This document shows, piece after piece, positions 7,601 through 16,220 of a stretch of 34,465 nucleotides of DNA (position 1 is the first letter of the stretch; each line of letters starts with the position of its first letter). Position numbers and translations under genes: made by a program. The stretch lies in NCBI GenBank assembly GCA_963976915.1, contig CAXBNA010000040.1, positions 1 to 34,465 on the forward strand. The letters are read 5' to 3'. The notes below the pieces were generated by a model that saw only the letters and a program-made list of their open reading frames with translations, searched no databases and had not been told where the DNA came from. Source of the stretch: an uncultured Verrucomicrobiales bacterium. Lineage in GTDB: Bacteria > Verrucomicrobiota > Verrucomicrobiia > Verrucomicrobiales > Verrucomicrobiaceae.

Positions 7601-9462
7601 ACGAGGCAGCCGCCCTTGTTGATGCCGGCCAGCGGGTTGGTGTGGGTGAAGGCCTTGGGATCGCAGCAGAGCACGACGTCCACATGATTGAGCTCGCAAT
7701 TGACCCGCACGCGCTCGGGCGCGACGACGAGGTAGTAGTTGGTGGGCGATCCCTTTTTCTCCGACCCGTATTTCGGGTTGGCCATGATGTGGAGCTTCTG
7801 GATGAGCGCGCCGTCGCCATCGTATTTGGGATCCTGTTCGGAAATGAAATTGCCGAGGTCGCCGATGATGCTGCCAAGGTTCTTGCCGGTGGTGATCATG
7901 CCCCAGCCGCCGATGGAATGGAAGCGCACGGCGATGGCACCGCTTGGTAGAAGCGAGGGCGTGGTCTTGGAAATCACCGCATAAGGGTGATCGACACCGA
8001 GGACGAAGTAGGTCTCGCCGTCAGCGGCGCTTTTGCCGTCGGTGCGCTTCGTCATGCCGGTGGCGAATTCGTAGGCACCGAGGGTGTGCTCGGGACGGAA
8101 GTCGCGAGAGCCGAGGCCGTAGCTGCCGCGGAACAGGCGTGGGGTTTCCTCGGGCGTTAGCGCTGGGAGATCACCGCCGAACTTCGCGGCTTCGTTGGCC
8201 TTACCAAGCGCCACTCGGATGTCGCGTGAAAGCGGGTTGTCGCCCGCCATGCCTTCGTCCGTGCGCTCGATGACGATGACGTTCTTTTTGCCGCGAAGCG
8301 CCTCGATGACCGCCGCTTCCGGGAAGGGGCGGATGACGTTGATGTGGATGGAGCCGACCTTGGCGTTGCGTTGGTCGCGCAACCAGTCGCAGGCTTCCTC
8401 GATGTTCTCTGCCGCACATCCGAGCGAGACGAAGACCGTCTCCGCGTCCTCGCATTTGTATTCCGTGACGAAACCGTAGCGGCGGCCGGTGAGCTCACCG
8501 AATTCCCGGTAGGCGTCGGCGAGGAACCCGAGGATGGGCTCGTTGAAGTTGTTCCGGCGGGCGACCACACCATTCATGTGGTGCTCTTGATTCTGAACCG
8601 GGCCGAGCAGAATCGGATGCTTCAAGTCCATCATCTCAGGCAGGCGGCGGCGGGTGGGACCGAACAACTCCTTCTGGGCGGGCGTGGGGCAGTCGATGAT
8701 GTCGTTGGGCGCGCCAAGGAAGTGGCGTAGCAACTCGGCCTCGGGAGCGAGGTAGGCCCGTTCCGAGTGGGTGGTGAGCATGCCATCCTGCACGTTCATG
8801 CCCGGGTTCAGGGCCAGTTCGCAGACCTTCCGAAGGATGACCGCCTGATCGGCTGCCTGCTGGGCGTCTTTGGCAAAAAGGATGCTCCAGCCGGTGTCGA
8901 GCGCGGCATAGACGTCATCGTGGCCGCAGTGGACGTTGAGGGCGTGTTTGGTCAGCGCCCGGGCGCCGATCTCCAGCACCATGGTCGAGCACTTGCCCGG
9001 CGCGTGGTAGTACTGCTCCATCGCATAGACGATGCCCTGGCCGGAGGTGAAATTGACCGTGCGCTTGCCGGTGACGGCGAGGGCCGTGGCACCTCCTTGC
9101 GCCGCGTGCTCGCCCTCCGTCTCGATGGCAATCTTGCTGTTGCCCCAGACGTCCAGTTTGCCTTCGGCATAGGCGGCTTGATAAAGCTCGCCACCCTCGG
9201 TCGACGGCGTGATCGGATAAAACACACCGCCCTCGGTGATGCGCGCCTCGACATACTGGGCGACGAGTTGGTTGCCGTTGCATGTGACACGGACGCCGGG
9301 AAAGGGAACGTGCGATTCCTTTTGGGATGGCACGACATCAGCAGGTGGGATGGTTGCTTCCATAACGATCTGGGTTGAGCCGAGGCTCCAGGTTGGACGA
9401 TCATTACAGAAGACCGGCGATTGAAAGACAATCCCGGATTTCACCGCACAGCAGGTGCGCAC
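4642..9462 (-). CDS. por: Pyruvate:ferredoxin (flavodoxin) oxidoreductase, single-polypeptide PFOR/NifJ type.
   Basis: 1606-aa ORF. The N-terminal TPP/pyrimidine domain begins ...VTCNGNQLVAQYVEARITEGGVFYPITPSTEGGE. Two 4Fe-4S ferredoxin motifs are present: CTQCMECITACP and CKGCGECVEQC. The TPP-binding motif IVGGDGALGDIGFQNL...VYSNTGGQNS is present. The likely real start is the ATG at 9361-9363 (MEATIPP...); the listed 9462 start is a GTG/TTG extension. Confidence 0.9.
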   Translation of the reverse strand: MRTCCAVKSGIVFQSPVFCNDRPTWSLGSTQIVMEATIPPADVVPSQKESHVPFPGVRVTCNGNQLVAQYVEARITEGGVFYPITPSTEGGELYQAAYAEGKLDVWGNSKIAIETEGEHAAQGGATALAVTGKRTVNFTSGQGIVYAMEQYYHAPGKCSTMVLEIGARALTKHALNVHCGHDDVYAALDTGWSILFAKDAQQAADQAVILRKVCELALNPGMNVQDGMLTTHSERAYLAPEAELLRHFLGAPNDIIDCPTPAQKELFGPTRRRLPEMMDLKHPILLGPVQNQEHHMNGVVARRNNFNEPILGFLADAYREFGELTGRRYGFVTEYKCEDAETVFVSLGCAAENIEEACDWLRDQRNAKVGSIHINVIRPFPEAAVIEALRGKKNVIVIERTDEGMAGDNPLSRDIRVALGKANEAAKFGGDLPALTPEETPRLFRGSYGLGSRDFRPEHTLGAYEFATGMTKRTDGKSAADGETYFVLGVDHPYAVISKTTPSLLPSGAIAVRFHSIGGWGMITTGKNLGSIIGDLGNFISEQDPKYDGDGALIQKLHIMANPKYGSEKKGSPTNYYLVVAPERVRVNCELNHVDVVLCCDPKAFTHTNPLAGINKGGCLVWESSDDPETAWKRIPQKYRQFVRDNHIRVFLLPGFAIAKEATERPDLQLRMQGNAFLGAFFAVSPFLQEYGISRDQFEELVRKQYVKKFGRFGDAVVESNMKVMIEAFNRLVEIQYGKDEDEDRSSMRLDPVLPVDAHPILPTAGVFAPSLKAISHNPDQPAKAPVFTLDKFDGEYRHGLGYHQPAGALASVGVMAAGTGATQSKYVARRETPMYIAENCTQCMECITACPDTALPNTAQDVSTVLKTAVMNYVSAADDRKKLLAAIPEIDAGAREKMVAAVAAKESLPFKDIVREQVAGLNHGISQQAKDELNAIMDLLPIAYGNVPAIFRSIEKKSPGEGGVFMIQVSDLCKGCGECVEQCGDHDALRMVPDTEELNYQLTSAQIFGRLLPDTPQKYLGLYDDDAPQDSRPAALRNHLMVRRNYEALVSGDGACAGCGEKSILRAIASVTEAYMRPLYHSKANRLYDKAGRLKLDGVQRLATLKASDAEAYQRLKRSFAHIVMGLGGEDDADTEKRIADHGPISDEELIDGLCAVMNQDAFNHFKLQATDGRLDNGMSVMAMGASTGCNTVYGSTPPSNPHPYPWMNSLFQDGSTISWLLAESLLLNHARRSVAPERLADVLLGDSAAEFSSIDDWDLTHLTETLMTDQEIRELPKVWIVGGDGALGDIGFQNLSKVMLQNRPNVKAIMLDTQVYSNTGGQNSDSSTMLGGYDMNQFGRASQGKLTEKKSVAEALTAGHGSPFVAQVSIANAAKLYKALLDGLEYRGTAFFQAYTTCQPEHGVGDNMSAHQAKLSRDSRGMPEFIYDPQQGETSQECLDVKGNPTINRDWWQAAYSNKEKYNYTVAHWALTEARFRKHLKAISEEDTADMMHLDDILVCITQNDVVKRRIFDPKHRAFVPDFGVFIKAEVNGKLKHYAVSRQMVLFAVERRKAWRMLQSKAGQENLDYQAQRTLLAKVDQGEFSVEDLRAKTRELYEAELATK

Positions 9463-9547
9463 AAGGGAGGCTGGACGAATGACAACCCACGCGCAGTGGG
9501 CAACCCAGACGGCTCAACAGCGCTGGTGAGAACGAACAAGCGGAACT

Positions 9548-9573
9548 GAAAAATCCACGGAAAATTCGTGGAA
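9548..9573 (-). terminator. Rho-independent terminator immediately after the PiT transporter stop codon.
   Basis: On the minus strand: tccacg aatttt cgtgga followed by TTTTT. On the plus strand this is gaaaaa tccacggaaaattcgtgga, 9548-9572. The stop codon is at 9576-9578. Confidence 0.5.
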
Positions 9574-9575
9574 CC

Positions 9576-11165
9576 CTACATCCACTGCTGCAGAAGGTAG
9601 AAGATGCCGGCTGAGAGCGCCCCTGCTGCGGGGACGGTGATCAGCCAGGCGGCCACGATGCGAAGAAGGATGGATCGGTGAACGAGTTGCTTTTTGTAGC
9701 GTTTCTTCAAGCTCTTGCGCTCTTGCTTGCTCAGGAGTCCAGGAGGGGTCTCACGAGCCTGGACCTTCAGATCCTTGAGCATCTCTCCCTGCTCCTTGAG
9801 GCTCGCTTCATCGAATCTCTGGAGGTAGGACTCGACGATGTCACGGTCTTGGCCTTGATGGTGCTCTTCAATGTCGACAATGACGTCGGCGTAGCGAGCC
9901 TTGAGGAACTCGCGGAGGAAGCCCACACCGAAGACGCCGCCAACGGCGATGTGCGTCGAGCTTACCGGAAGCCCGAGGTGGCTTGCAATCAGCACCGTCA
10001 GCGCGGCTGACATGGCGATGCAAAAAGCGCGCATCTGGTCCAGTTCGGTGATTTCCGAACCGACAGTGCGGATGAGCTTGGGGCCGTAAAGAGCGAGACC
10101 GGCAACGATGCCGAGCGCGCCGACGAGCATGACCCACATGGGGATCGGAGCTTTGACTGAAATCGCGTGAGCAGCCACGGCATCATAGACCGCCGCGAGA
10201 GGTCCGATGGCATTGGCGACGTCATTGGCCCCGTGGGCAAAGCTCAACAGTGCAGCGGAACAGATCAAAGGGATCGTGAAGAGTTGATTCACACCTTTCT
10301 TGTCGTTGGTGAGACGTGCGGAGACACGGGCACAGTGGGGCCGCATCAGAAGCCACGCCAAGAAGGCCGTGCCAGCTCCGATCAAAAGGGCGGTTCCCAT
10401 GTCGATCTTCACCAGCTGCTTGAGGCCCTTGGTGCAGATGTAGGCGGTGAAGGCCCAGGTCATGAGGGCGGTGAGGAGGGGAACCATCCGTCGGGCGGCC
10501 GCGCTCATGTCGGCCCGATAGGTGATCGTGTGTTTGATCACAAAGAGGAAGGCAGCGGCAATGAGCCCACCCAGTGCCGGGGAGATGACCCAGCTCATGG
10601 CGATCTCGCCCATCTTGGGCCAGTTGGCCACATTCCAGCCTCCTGCGGCGATTCCAGCTCCCAGCACGCCACCCACGATCGCGTGAGTGGTGGAAACCGG
10701 CGCTCCGATCGCGGTCGCCAGATTGAGCCAGAGAGCTCCGGCGAGCAAGGCGGCCATCATGAGCGCCACAAAGGTGTTGGGATCTCCGATGGACTTTGGA
10801 TCAATGATGTCGCCCTTCACCGTCCCCACCACGTCGCCTCCAGCGAGGATGGCCCCGCCCGCCTCGAAGAGCCCGGCCATGACAATGGCTCCAAACAAGG
10901 TGATGGCTCCGGCCCCAATGGCGGGTCCGACGTTGTTGGCCACGTCGTTGGCCCCGATGTTCATGGCCATATAGGCACCAAAGATCGTGGCGATCACGAG
11001 TGAGTAGCCTTCGCTCTCAAATCCCGAGGCATACAGTCCGGCAGCCCCAACAAACAGGATGGAGAGGCCAATGCGAGCCATGAAGCCACTCTTGGAAGAC
11101 GCGGGAGGAGGGAGGTTTGAAGATGCCATCAGGTAGTTGCGTGATCTGTGTCGAAAGCGACACAT
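9576..11165 (-). CDS. Inorganic phosphate transporter, PiT family.
   Basis: Paired PiT signature motifs GANDVANNVGPAIGAGAIT (N-terminal half) and GANDVANAIGPLAAV / SSTHIAVGGVFGVGF (C-terminal half). There are about 10 TM segments and a central hydrophilic loop. Start is uncertain: ATGs at 11165, 11129 (MASSNLPP) and 11081 (MARIGLSILF) are all in frame. Confidence 0.9.
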   Translation of the reverse strand: MCRFRHRSRNYLMASSNLPPPASSKSGFMARIGLSILFVGAAGLYASGFESEGYSLVIATIFGAYMAMNIGANDVANNVGPAIGAGAITLFGAIVMAGLFEAGGAILAGGDVVGTVKGDIIDPKSIGDPNTFVALMMAALLAGALWLNLATAIGAPVSTTHAIVGGVLGAGIAAGGWNVANWPKMGEIAMSWVISPALGGLIAAAFLFVIKHTITYRADMSAAARRMVPLLTALMTWAFTAYICTKGLKQLVKIDMGTALLIGAGTAFLAWLLMRPHCARVSARLTNDKKGVNQLFTIPLICSAALLSFAHGANDVANAIGPLAAVYDAVAAHAISVKAPIPMWVMLVGALGIVAGLALYGPKLIRTVGSEITELDQMRAFCIAMSAALTVLIASHLGLPVSSTHIAVGGVFGVGFLREFLKARYADVIVDIEEHHQGQDRDIVESYLQRFDEASLKEQGEMLKDLKVQARETPPGLLSKQERKSLKKRYKKQLVHRSILLRIVAAWLITVPAAGALSAGIFYLLQQWM

Positions 11166-11398
11166 TTGAGCGGCTGACGGTCATGCTGGCAAGCCTGCTT
11201 GTGTGACGATTTTGCGTGGCGGAAGAGGCTTTATCGACTGCAGGGAGTGTTTGATTTTGTGGACTCAGGCCGTCATGGGGAGGAATCCCAACGTCTGGAC
11301 TCGGACTGGCTGGAAACGCCTTTTTGGTGGCATGGCGACGACAGGTGCTTGCGGTCGTTGTGGAACTGCGACCAGATGGCCAGCCTGGCCGCCTTTCC

Positions 11399-12079
11399 AT
11401 GAAACCTTTTCTCACCCTTGCCACCACCCAAACCGCCGACGGAACCGAGCTGTCACTGCACTCGCATGACATCCACTACTACTTGCGGGCGAATCGGCAG
11501 CCCCTGATGGGCACGAATGCGTCGGAGTCCGAGAAGGTGTTGGCAAGTCTCGCCTGCGAGCGGTTGCGGGGAAAAAAGGGAGTCCGGGTCTTGATCGGGG
11601 GGCTGGGATTTGGATTTAGCCTTCGACGCGTTCTCGAGACCGTCGGGCCGGACGCGACGGTGCATGTGGCGGAGCTGCTGCCCGAAGTGGTGGCGTGGAA
11701 TCGCGAGCACTTGGGCGAAGTGAACGGGAAGCTTCTGGACGATCCGCGGGTGGAGATTTTTGAGGAGGATGTGTTTGAGGTCCTGAAGCGTGGAGCGGAC
11801 GCACCCTACGACGCGATTCTGCTGGACGTGGACAATGGCCCCGCCGCGATGGTGCAGGATCAAAACGCGCGGCTCTACGACTTCCACGGGTTCAACGTCG
11901 TCAAACCGGCGATGGCTCCGAAAGCGGTGGTCGCCTATTGGTCCGCCAAGGATGATCGCTTCTTCGTGCGCCGCCTTGCCCGCAACGGCTTTGACGTGAA
12001 GGTGGTGCCTGCCAAGGCCTATCCGCAGGCCAAGCGCTGCGCGCACCGCATCTTCGTGGTGACGAAGATGGCGTTGTGA
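11399..12079 (+). CDS. Spermidine/spermine synthase-like protein (short polyamine aminopropyltransferase-fold, class I MTase-like).
   Basis: Motifs VLIGGLGFGFSLRRVLE (glycine-rich loop) and YDAILLDVDNGPAAM (resembles the spermidine synthase D-x-D-x-xDP region). Start re-set to the ATG MKPFLTL at 11399; the 11324 start in the track is a TTG. Confidence 0.6.
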   Translation: MKPFLTLATTQTADGTELSLHSHDIHYYLRANRQPLMGTNASESEKVLASLACERLRGKKGVRVLIGGLGFGFSLRRVLETVGPDATVHVAELLPEVVAWNREHLGEVNGKLLDDPRVEIFEEDVFEVLKRGADAPYDAILLDVDNGPAAMVQDQNARLYDFHGFNVVKPAMAPKAVVAYWSAKDDRFFVRRLARNGFDVKVVPAKAYPQAKRCAHRIFVVTKMAL

Positions 12080-12113
12080 TTCAAGCCAGGTGTGAGTGAG
12101 GCCGAACGGGCCT

Positions 12114-13307
12114 TCATGACAGCAGCACGCGAAGACTGGACTGCTCCAGCGCCGCGTGGATCTCCGGGAACTTCCGGGTTTCGGTGAACCCGTCCATCGC
12201 TTGGCGGAGCGCATCGACGAACATCTCCGATTGCTCCTCCACGGGCAGGCTGAGAGTCTCAGGGAACTGGGCGTCGAGGAGCATGGTGCCGAAGTCTGTC
12301 GGCTCGACCAGATCTTCCGCCCACCCAAGGACGGTCTCGGTCGGTGACGCATCTGGAAAACGATCCGCCACGAGGGCGAGGATGTCGGCACGGGTGGGCA
12401 CATTCATCAGAAGTGCGAGGAAGAAGCGATGGTCTGGATCCTCGATGCGGTTGCGCATTCTGGCCAGGGTGTCGCGTCGGAGGCATTCCGCCAGCGTCGA
12501 GGGGACACCCGTTGCGAGTTCACCGTGCTTGTTTTGGAAGGCCTTCAGGATGGGTTCCCACTCGTCAAGATCCTGAAGGCGGCCCATGGCGTGTTGCAGC
12601 GTATAGAATCCCCGTTCGAAATCGAGGCTCTCGATCATCTCGTTCACGAGATCGGCGTAGTCGGGATGATCGATGGTCTCCAGCACGTCGAGGAGCTGCT
12701 TGCGGCGCATCGTCAGCGTGTCCGCATAGACGGGATCGATGGCGAGGTGAGGTGGCAGATAGTTGAACTGTGGCCCGGTCCCGGGATCGTTTTGCGTTCG
12801 AACCACCACCGTGACCGAGGGGGAGTCGAGGTGGAAAAGGGAGTGGATGCAGCCCCGGCCGGAGGTGATCGGCACGGTGCGACCCGTCTCAAGAAGCTCA
12901 ATGTGCTTCATCTGAACTTCGCCAATGCGAAGGTGCGGCGTGATCGGCCGGGCGTTTTTGAAATCGAACTCCGCGTGGATGCTCGATCCGGACATCACAT
13001 GAAACGCGCCGGAGAATTCATGCTGATGGATGTCGGTGGTGCCTTCGAGCCAAAAGAGAATCTGGATGTAGAACCGCGGATGATCAAAGGCGATCAGCTC
13101 GGGCTGGCCAAAGCCTGACTGACTTTGAAAGGGCTGATCGTCTTCGAGCAGGAATTCACGAACCAGCTCCTCAAGATCGACATGCTCGAATGGAGGGGCG
13201 TCGTCGATGGCGGACCGGGCAATTTCGGGGAACGCCTCCAGCGAGAAATTCGTCTGCTTCCATTGCTGGAGGACGGTGCGCCCGAGTTGGTTGAAGAAAG
13301 AATTCAT
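12114..13307 (-). CDS. Hypothetical protein, 397 aa. It may have an N-terminal cupin-like metal-binding region.
   Basis: Long ORF with protein-like composition. The HQHEFSGAFHVMSGSSIHAEFDF segment resembles a cupin H-x-H...G motif. No firm family assignment is possible from the sequence alone. Confidence 0.55.
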   Translation of the reverse strand: MNSFFNQLGRTVLQQWKQTNFSLEAFPEIARSAIDDAPPFEHVDLEELVREFLLEDDQPFQSQSGFGQPELIAFDHPRFYIQILFWLEGTTDIHQHEFSGAFHVMSGSSIHAEFDFKNARPITPHLRIGEVQMKHIELLETGRTVPITSGRGCIHSLFHLDSPSVTVVVRTQNDPGTGPQFNYLPPHLAIDPVYADTLTMRRKQLLDVLETIDHPDYADLVNEMIESLDFERGFYTLQHAMGRLQDLDEWEPILKAFQNKHGELATGVPSTLAECLRRDTLARMRNRIEDPDHRFFLALLMNVPTRADILALVADRFPDASPTETVLGWAEDLVEPTDFGTMLLDAQFPETLSLPVEEQSEMFVDALRQAMDGFTETRKFPEIHAALEQSSLRVLLS

Positions 13308-13549
13308 CGCCGGATCCTTCGGCCAACGGAATCAGCGCCACAAGGACCATTGTCTCCCATCGGCTCATGGTGTTCGTGCCGCAGGCTGCGAAATTTGAGC
13401 TTGGCTGATTGGACGCGGGGCTCGTCACATCCGAGACCCGTAAAGGGGATCCCAAAGTCATCCATCATTGAGATTGCCCCGGGGCCTCTGAAGCTGTAGA
13501 TCGCGGGCGTTCCGTCCGATGTGACGGTCACCCCTGACATTGCTCCCGT

Positions 13550-13647
13550 ATGAAATCCAAGGACGCCAAGAAAGAATCGAAGAAAGCGCCTGCAAAAACC
13601 GCTAAGGAAAAGAAGGCGGCCAAGATGGAGAAGAAGAACAAGAAGTA
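13550..13647 (+). CDS. Possible small lysine-rich protein (32 aa).
   Basis: ATG 13550 ... TAG 13645-13647 encodes MKSKDAKKESKKAPAKTAKEKKAAKMEKKNKK. It lies in a 480-nt intergenic region upstream of the RRM protein gene. No clear RBS is visible. Confidence 0.3.
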
Positions 13648-13953
13648 GCGGCGGGGTGCCTTTTGGCACGTTGAACGGCACGCCTGAGTCTCGATGGTGG
13701 GTTCACTTCGCGGTGGACCGCCTGGAGTCATGCCGATGATGTGAGGCCGTCTTGGGAGTGCAGCGATCAGCGGGATTGAGAATCCCGCTTGCTAGTTGGG
13801 AGAAACGCGGCGAGTCATCGGGCGTTCGAGCAAGCCCCTGACGTTTCAATGGCCTGGCAGTTCATCAGGTGGATTCGTTCGGTGATGTTTCTTAAACCCG
13901 ATTTTCGGGACCAGTCGATGAAGAAGACCGGTAGTAGCAAGACATCACAAGAT

Positions 13954-14277
13954 ATGAATACGAAAATGTATGTGGGTAATCTCACATTTGAAGTCACTGA
14001 AGCCGAAGTTCGCGAACTCTTCAGTGAGCATGGCCCCGTCAATGAAGTGGCGTTGATCATGGATCGCGACACCAATCGTCCCCGTGGCTTTGCCTTTGTG
14101 ACGATGAACTCCAAGGAAGGCATGGACAACGCCATCGCCCAACTGGACGGAAAGGATTTCAATGGTCGCGCCCTGACTGTGAATGAAGCACGCCCCCGCG
14201 AAGATCGTCCTTCCGGTGGTGGCGGCGGCCGTGGTGGTCGTGGCGGCAACGGTGGTGGCCGCAGCGAGCGCTGGTAA
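13954..14277 (+). CDS. RNA-binding protein with a single RRM domain and a glycine/arginine-rich (RGG) C-terminal tail.
   Basis: MNTKMYVGNLTFEVTEAEVRELFSEHGPV (RNP2-like YVGNL) ... RPRGFAFVTM (RNP1 RGFAFV) ... GGGGGRGGRGGNGGGRSERW. The N-terminal ORF extension back to 13789 is probably 5' leader. The ATG at 13966 is an alternative start. Confidence 0.85.
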   Translation: MNTKMYVGNLTFEVTEAEVRELFSEHGPVNEVALIMDRDTNRPRGFAFVTMNSKEGMDNAIAQLDGKDFNGRALTVNEARPREDRPSGGGGGRGGRGGNGGGRSERW

Positions 14278-14315
14278 GCCTGTTCTTCCACTTTGACGCT
14301 TCGAAGCGTTTCACG

Positions 14316-14347
14316 AAGGCTCCTCGAAAGAGGGGCCTTTTTTTGGT
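14316..14347 (+). terminator. Rho-independent terminator after the RRM protein gene.
   Basis: aggctcctc gaaa gaggggcct followed by TTTTTTT (14338-14344). Confidence 0.6.
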
Positions 14348-14653
14348 ACGGACGGCATCGTGCGCGGCCTTGGTGGTCCAGACTCACCCGCACCGGCAAG
14401 GGGGAGCGCGAGGCGGAAATCGACCATCTGTCCATTCACCACTATGGTGTGTGGCCTTTAGCTCATATGGCCGTGGCCTTTGAGGAGGACGATGGCAGAG
14501 CGGGCATCTCCAGCGAACGTCTTCTTCACGCTTGGACCGGTGTCCGAGGCATATCTCCTGGCATTCCGTGGGGCAGGATTGGGCCGGTGGAGATTGGTTG
14601 GGTTCGTTGCGGGTCTTCTGATCTCGCTTTTCATGACGTGGTCATTCGTGTGG

Positions 14654-14920
14654 TCAATGGAGATCCTCTACACGATCCTGTATCCCAATTGGGGCCGAGC
14701 TTGATTCGGGTTCGATCAAAGAATCTGCGGCTGAAGGCGGAACGACGAGTGTTGCGCCTTTGAGAAAGCGGCAGAACTCCTTTTTGGAGAGGTGGTGCAG
14801 GGTGCCTTCCTTGGTGGCCGGATCCTTCATGAGTTTGTACTCAATGGAGAGCCGTGCCCATTGCGTGATGCGAATGTAGTCATCGCCCTTTTTCCAGAGC
14901 TGTCCTTGTTCGAGTGTCAT
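14654..14920 (-). CDS. Hypothetical small protein (88 aa), 41 nt downstream of the methyltransferase gene.
   Basis: Hand translation from the ATG (14918-14920): MTLEQGQLWKKGDDYIRITQWARLSIEYKLMKDPATKEGTLHHLSKKEFCRF... The first ~55 residues are protein-like. The C-terminal part is less convincing. Confidence 0.35.
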   Translation of the reverse strand: MTLEQGQLWKKGDDYIRITQWARLSIEYKLMKDPATKEGTLHHLSKKEFCRFLKGATLVVPPSAADSLIEPESSSAPIGIQDRVEDLH

Positions 14921-14961
14921 TCGTTTCTGGTAGTCGCTTCATGTGGGTCTGGCCACGAGAA

Positions 14962-15780
14962 TCATGAAGGGGATTCACTGGCGCCATCTTTCTGCAGACG
15001 AAAGGATCGGTAAAACAGGGATTTTGATTTGAGTGCTTCGTAAACCCGCGATCCTGGAGTGCCAGCAAAGTCGCGCCCAAGGGGATGGAGAAACCTGGGG
15101 AGATGGGTGCGGACGAGCGTTTCATTGCGTGCTGCGTTGGCGTCCATCCCCCGCAGAACTTCCATGCCGATGTCGCGTTGCTGCACGATGTTCAAAGGGC
15201 ATCCAACCACGTCGGATTCCCATTCAGAGAGATCCTCGGCGAACCGGAAGTCGGCATAGAGAAACTGACCTCCGGGTCGGAGCACACGTGCGACCTCCCG
15301 GAGGAAGGCAGGGAAGTCAGGGTAGCAATGGGAGGCTTCGACGTTGAGCACCGCGTCGAACGATGAATCTGGAAACGGCAGATTTTGGGCGTCCCCCTGA
15401 GCAAACTGGAGGTTTGGAAGATCATGCCGCTGTTGACAGAAGGTCACTCCGGCAGGGTTGAGATCAAGACCGGTGTAGCTTGCGGGCCGCATGGTGCGCG
15501 TGAGCCAAGAGGCACCACCTCCGTGACCGCAGCTGACTTCGAGGACTTCCTTGTCTGTGAGGTCGATTTGGCACGCGACATGGTGGTAGAGCTGGATGCA
15601 GACCCGATGGGGCTCGTCAGACGGATCGAGTGACAAATCGACTGCTGGTTTGGTCTCGAAAGCGTAGTTGAGAAACAGCACCTCGTGTCCACGGAGCCGT
15701 CGCGTGAGGAATGGGTACCAGAGACTCCACATGAGTTTGCGGATGGGCCCGATGGAGAGGAGAGACTCAAGCAGCTTCAT
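14962..15780 (-). CDS. Class I SAM-dependent methyltransferase (Methyltransf_11/12 type).
   Basis: SAM-binding motif I VLEVSCGHGGGA, then YTGLDLNPAGV (post-I acidic), LPFPDSSFDAVLNVEASHCY (motif II/III), VLRPGGQFLYADF. Confidence 0.8.
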   Translation of the reverse strand: MKLLESLLSIGPIRKLMWSLWYPFLTRRLRGHEVLFLNYAFETKPAVDLSLDPSDEPHRVCIQLYHHVACQIDLTDKEVLEVSCGHGGGASWLTRTMRPASYTGLDLNPAGVTFCQQRHDLPNLQFAQGDAQNLPFPDSSFDAVLNVEASHCYPDFPAFLREVARVLRPGGQFLYADFRFAEDLSEWESDVVGCPLNIVQQRDIGMEVLRGMDANAARNETLVRTHLPRFLHPLGRDFAGTPGSRVYEALKSKSLFYRSFRLQKDGASESPS

Positions 15781-15870
15781 GGTTTGGATCAGGTGGGGGG
15801 AAGGGTGTGATGGTCAGTCGTTTCAGGCAAAACTTGTGTTGGAGGGCATCGCGATGTTTGGTCGCGGCCT

Positions 15871-16212
15871 ATGAGTGACTCTGTGTGCCCGATGTGCGAA
15901 ATGAATGAGGTTCTGGATCATCCGGATCATGTCGAGTGCATGACCTGCGGTCACGAATGGCCGAAGGCGTCGGCTGAAGACACTTCGGAAGGTGAGCGGG
16001 TGGTGCAGGATGCCTATGGAAACGTGCTCTCGGATGGCGATGTCGTGGCCATGATCAAGGATCTGAAACTCAAGGGTTCGTCCGAGGTCCTGAAGGTGGG
16101 TACAAAGTCGAAGCCGATTCGGCTCGTCGATGGCGATCATGAAATTTCCTGTAAAATGAATGGGATCGCGATTGGACTGAAGGCCTGTTTCGTGAAGAAG
16201 GTCGCTGGGTAA
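15871..16212 (+). CDS. phnA: PhnA/YjdC-family protein (N-terminal zinc ribbon plus PhnA C-terminal domain).
   Basis: CPMCEMNEV...CMTCGHEW zinc ribbon, followed by VQDAYGNVLSDGDVVAMIKDLKLKGSSEVLKVGTKSKPIRLVDGDHEISCKMNGIAIGLKACFVKKV. This is typical PhnA. Confidence 0.85.
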   Translation: MSDSVCPMCEMNEVLDHPDHVECMTCGHEWPKASAEDTSEGERVVQDAYGNVLSDGDVVAMIKDLKLKGSSEVLKVGTKSKPIRLVDGDHEISCKMNGIAIGLKACFVKKVAG

Positions 16213-16220
16213 GGGGCGAT

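Noticed and set aside
9463-9547. I looked for a por promoter or regulatory element between por and the PiT gene.
   Set aside because: There is no convincing -35/-10 pair or palindromic operator beyond the PiT terminator hairpin. The promoter is probably non-sigma70-like, so no feature was called.
14293-14763. 156-aa plus-strand ORF after the RRM gene.
   Set aside because: It starts inside and after the predicted rho-independent terminator. Its translation (MTLRSVSRRLLERGAFFWYGRHRARPWW...) is not protein-like. It overlaps a minus-strand small ORF that has better composition.
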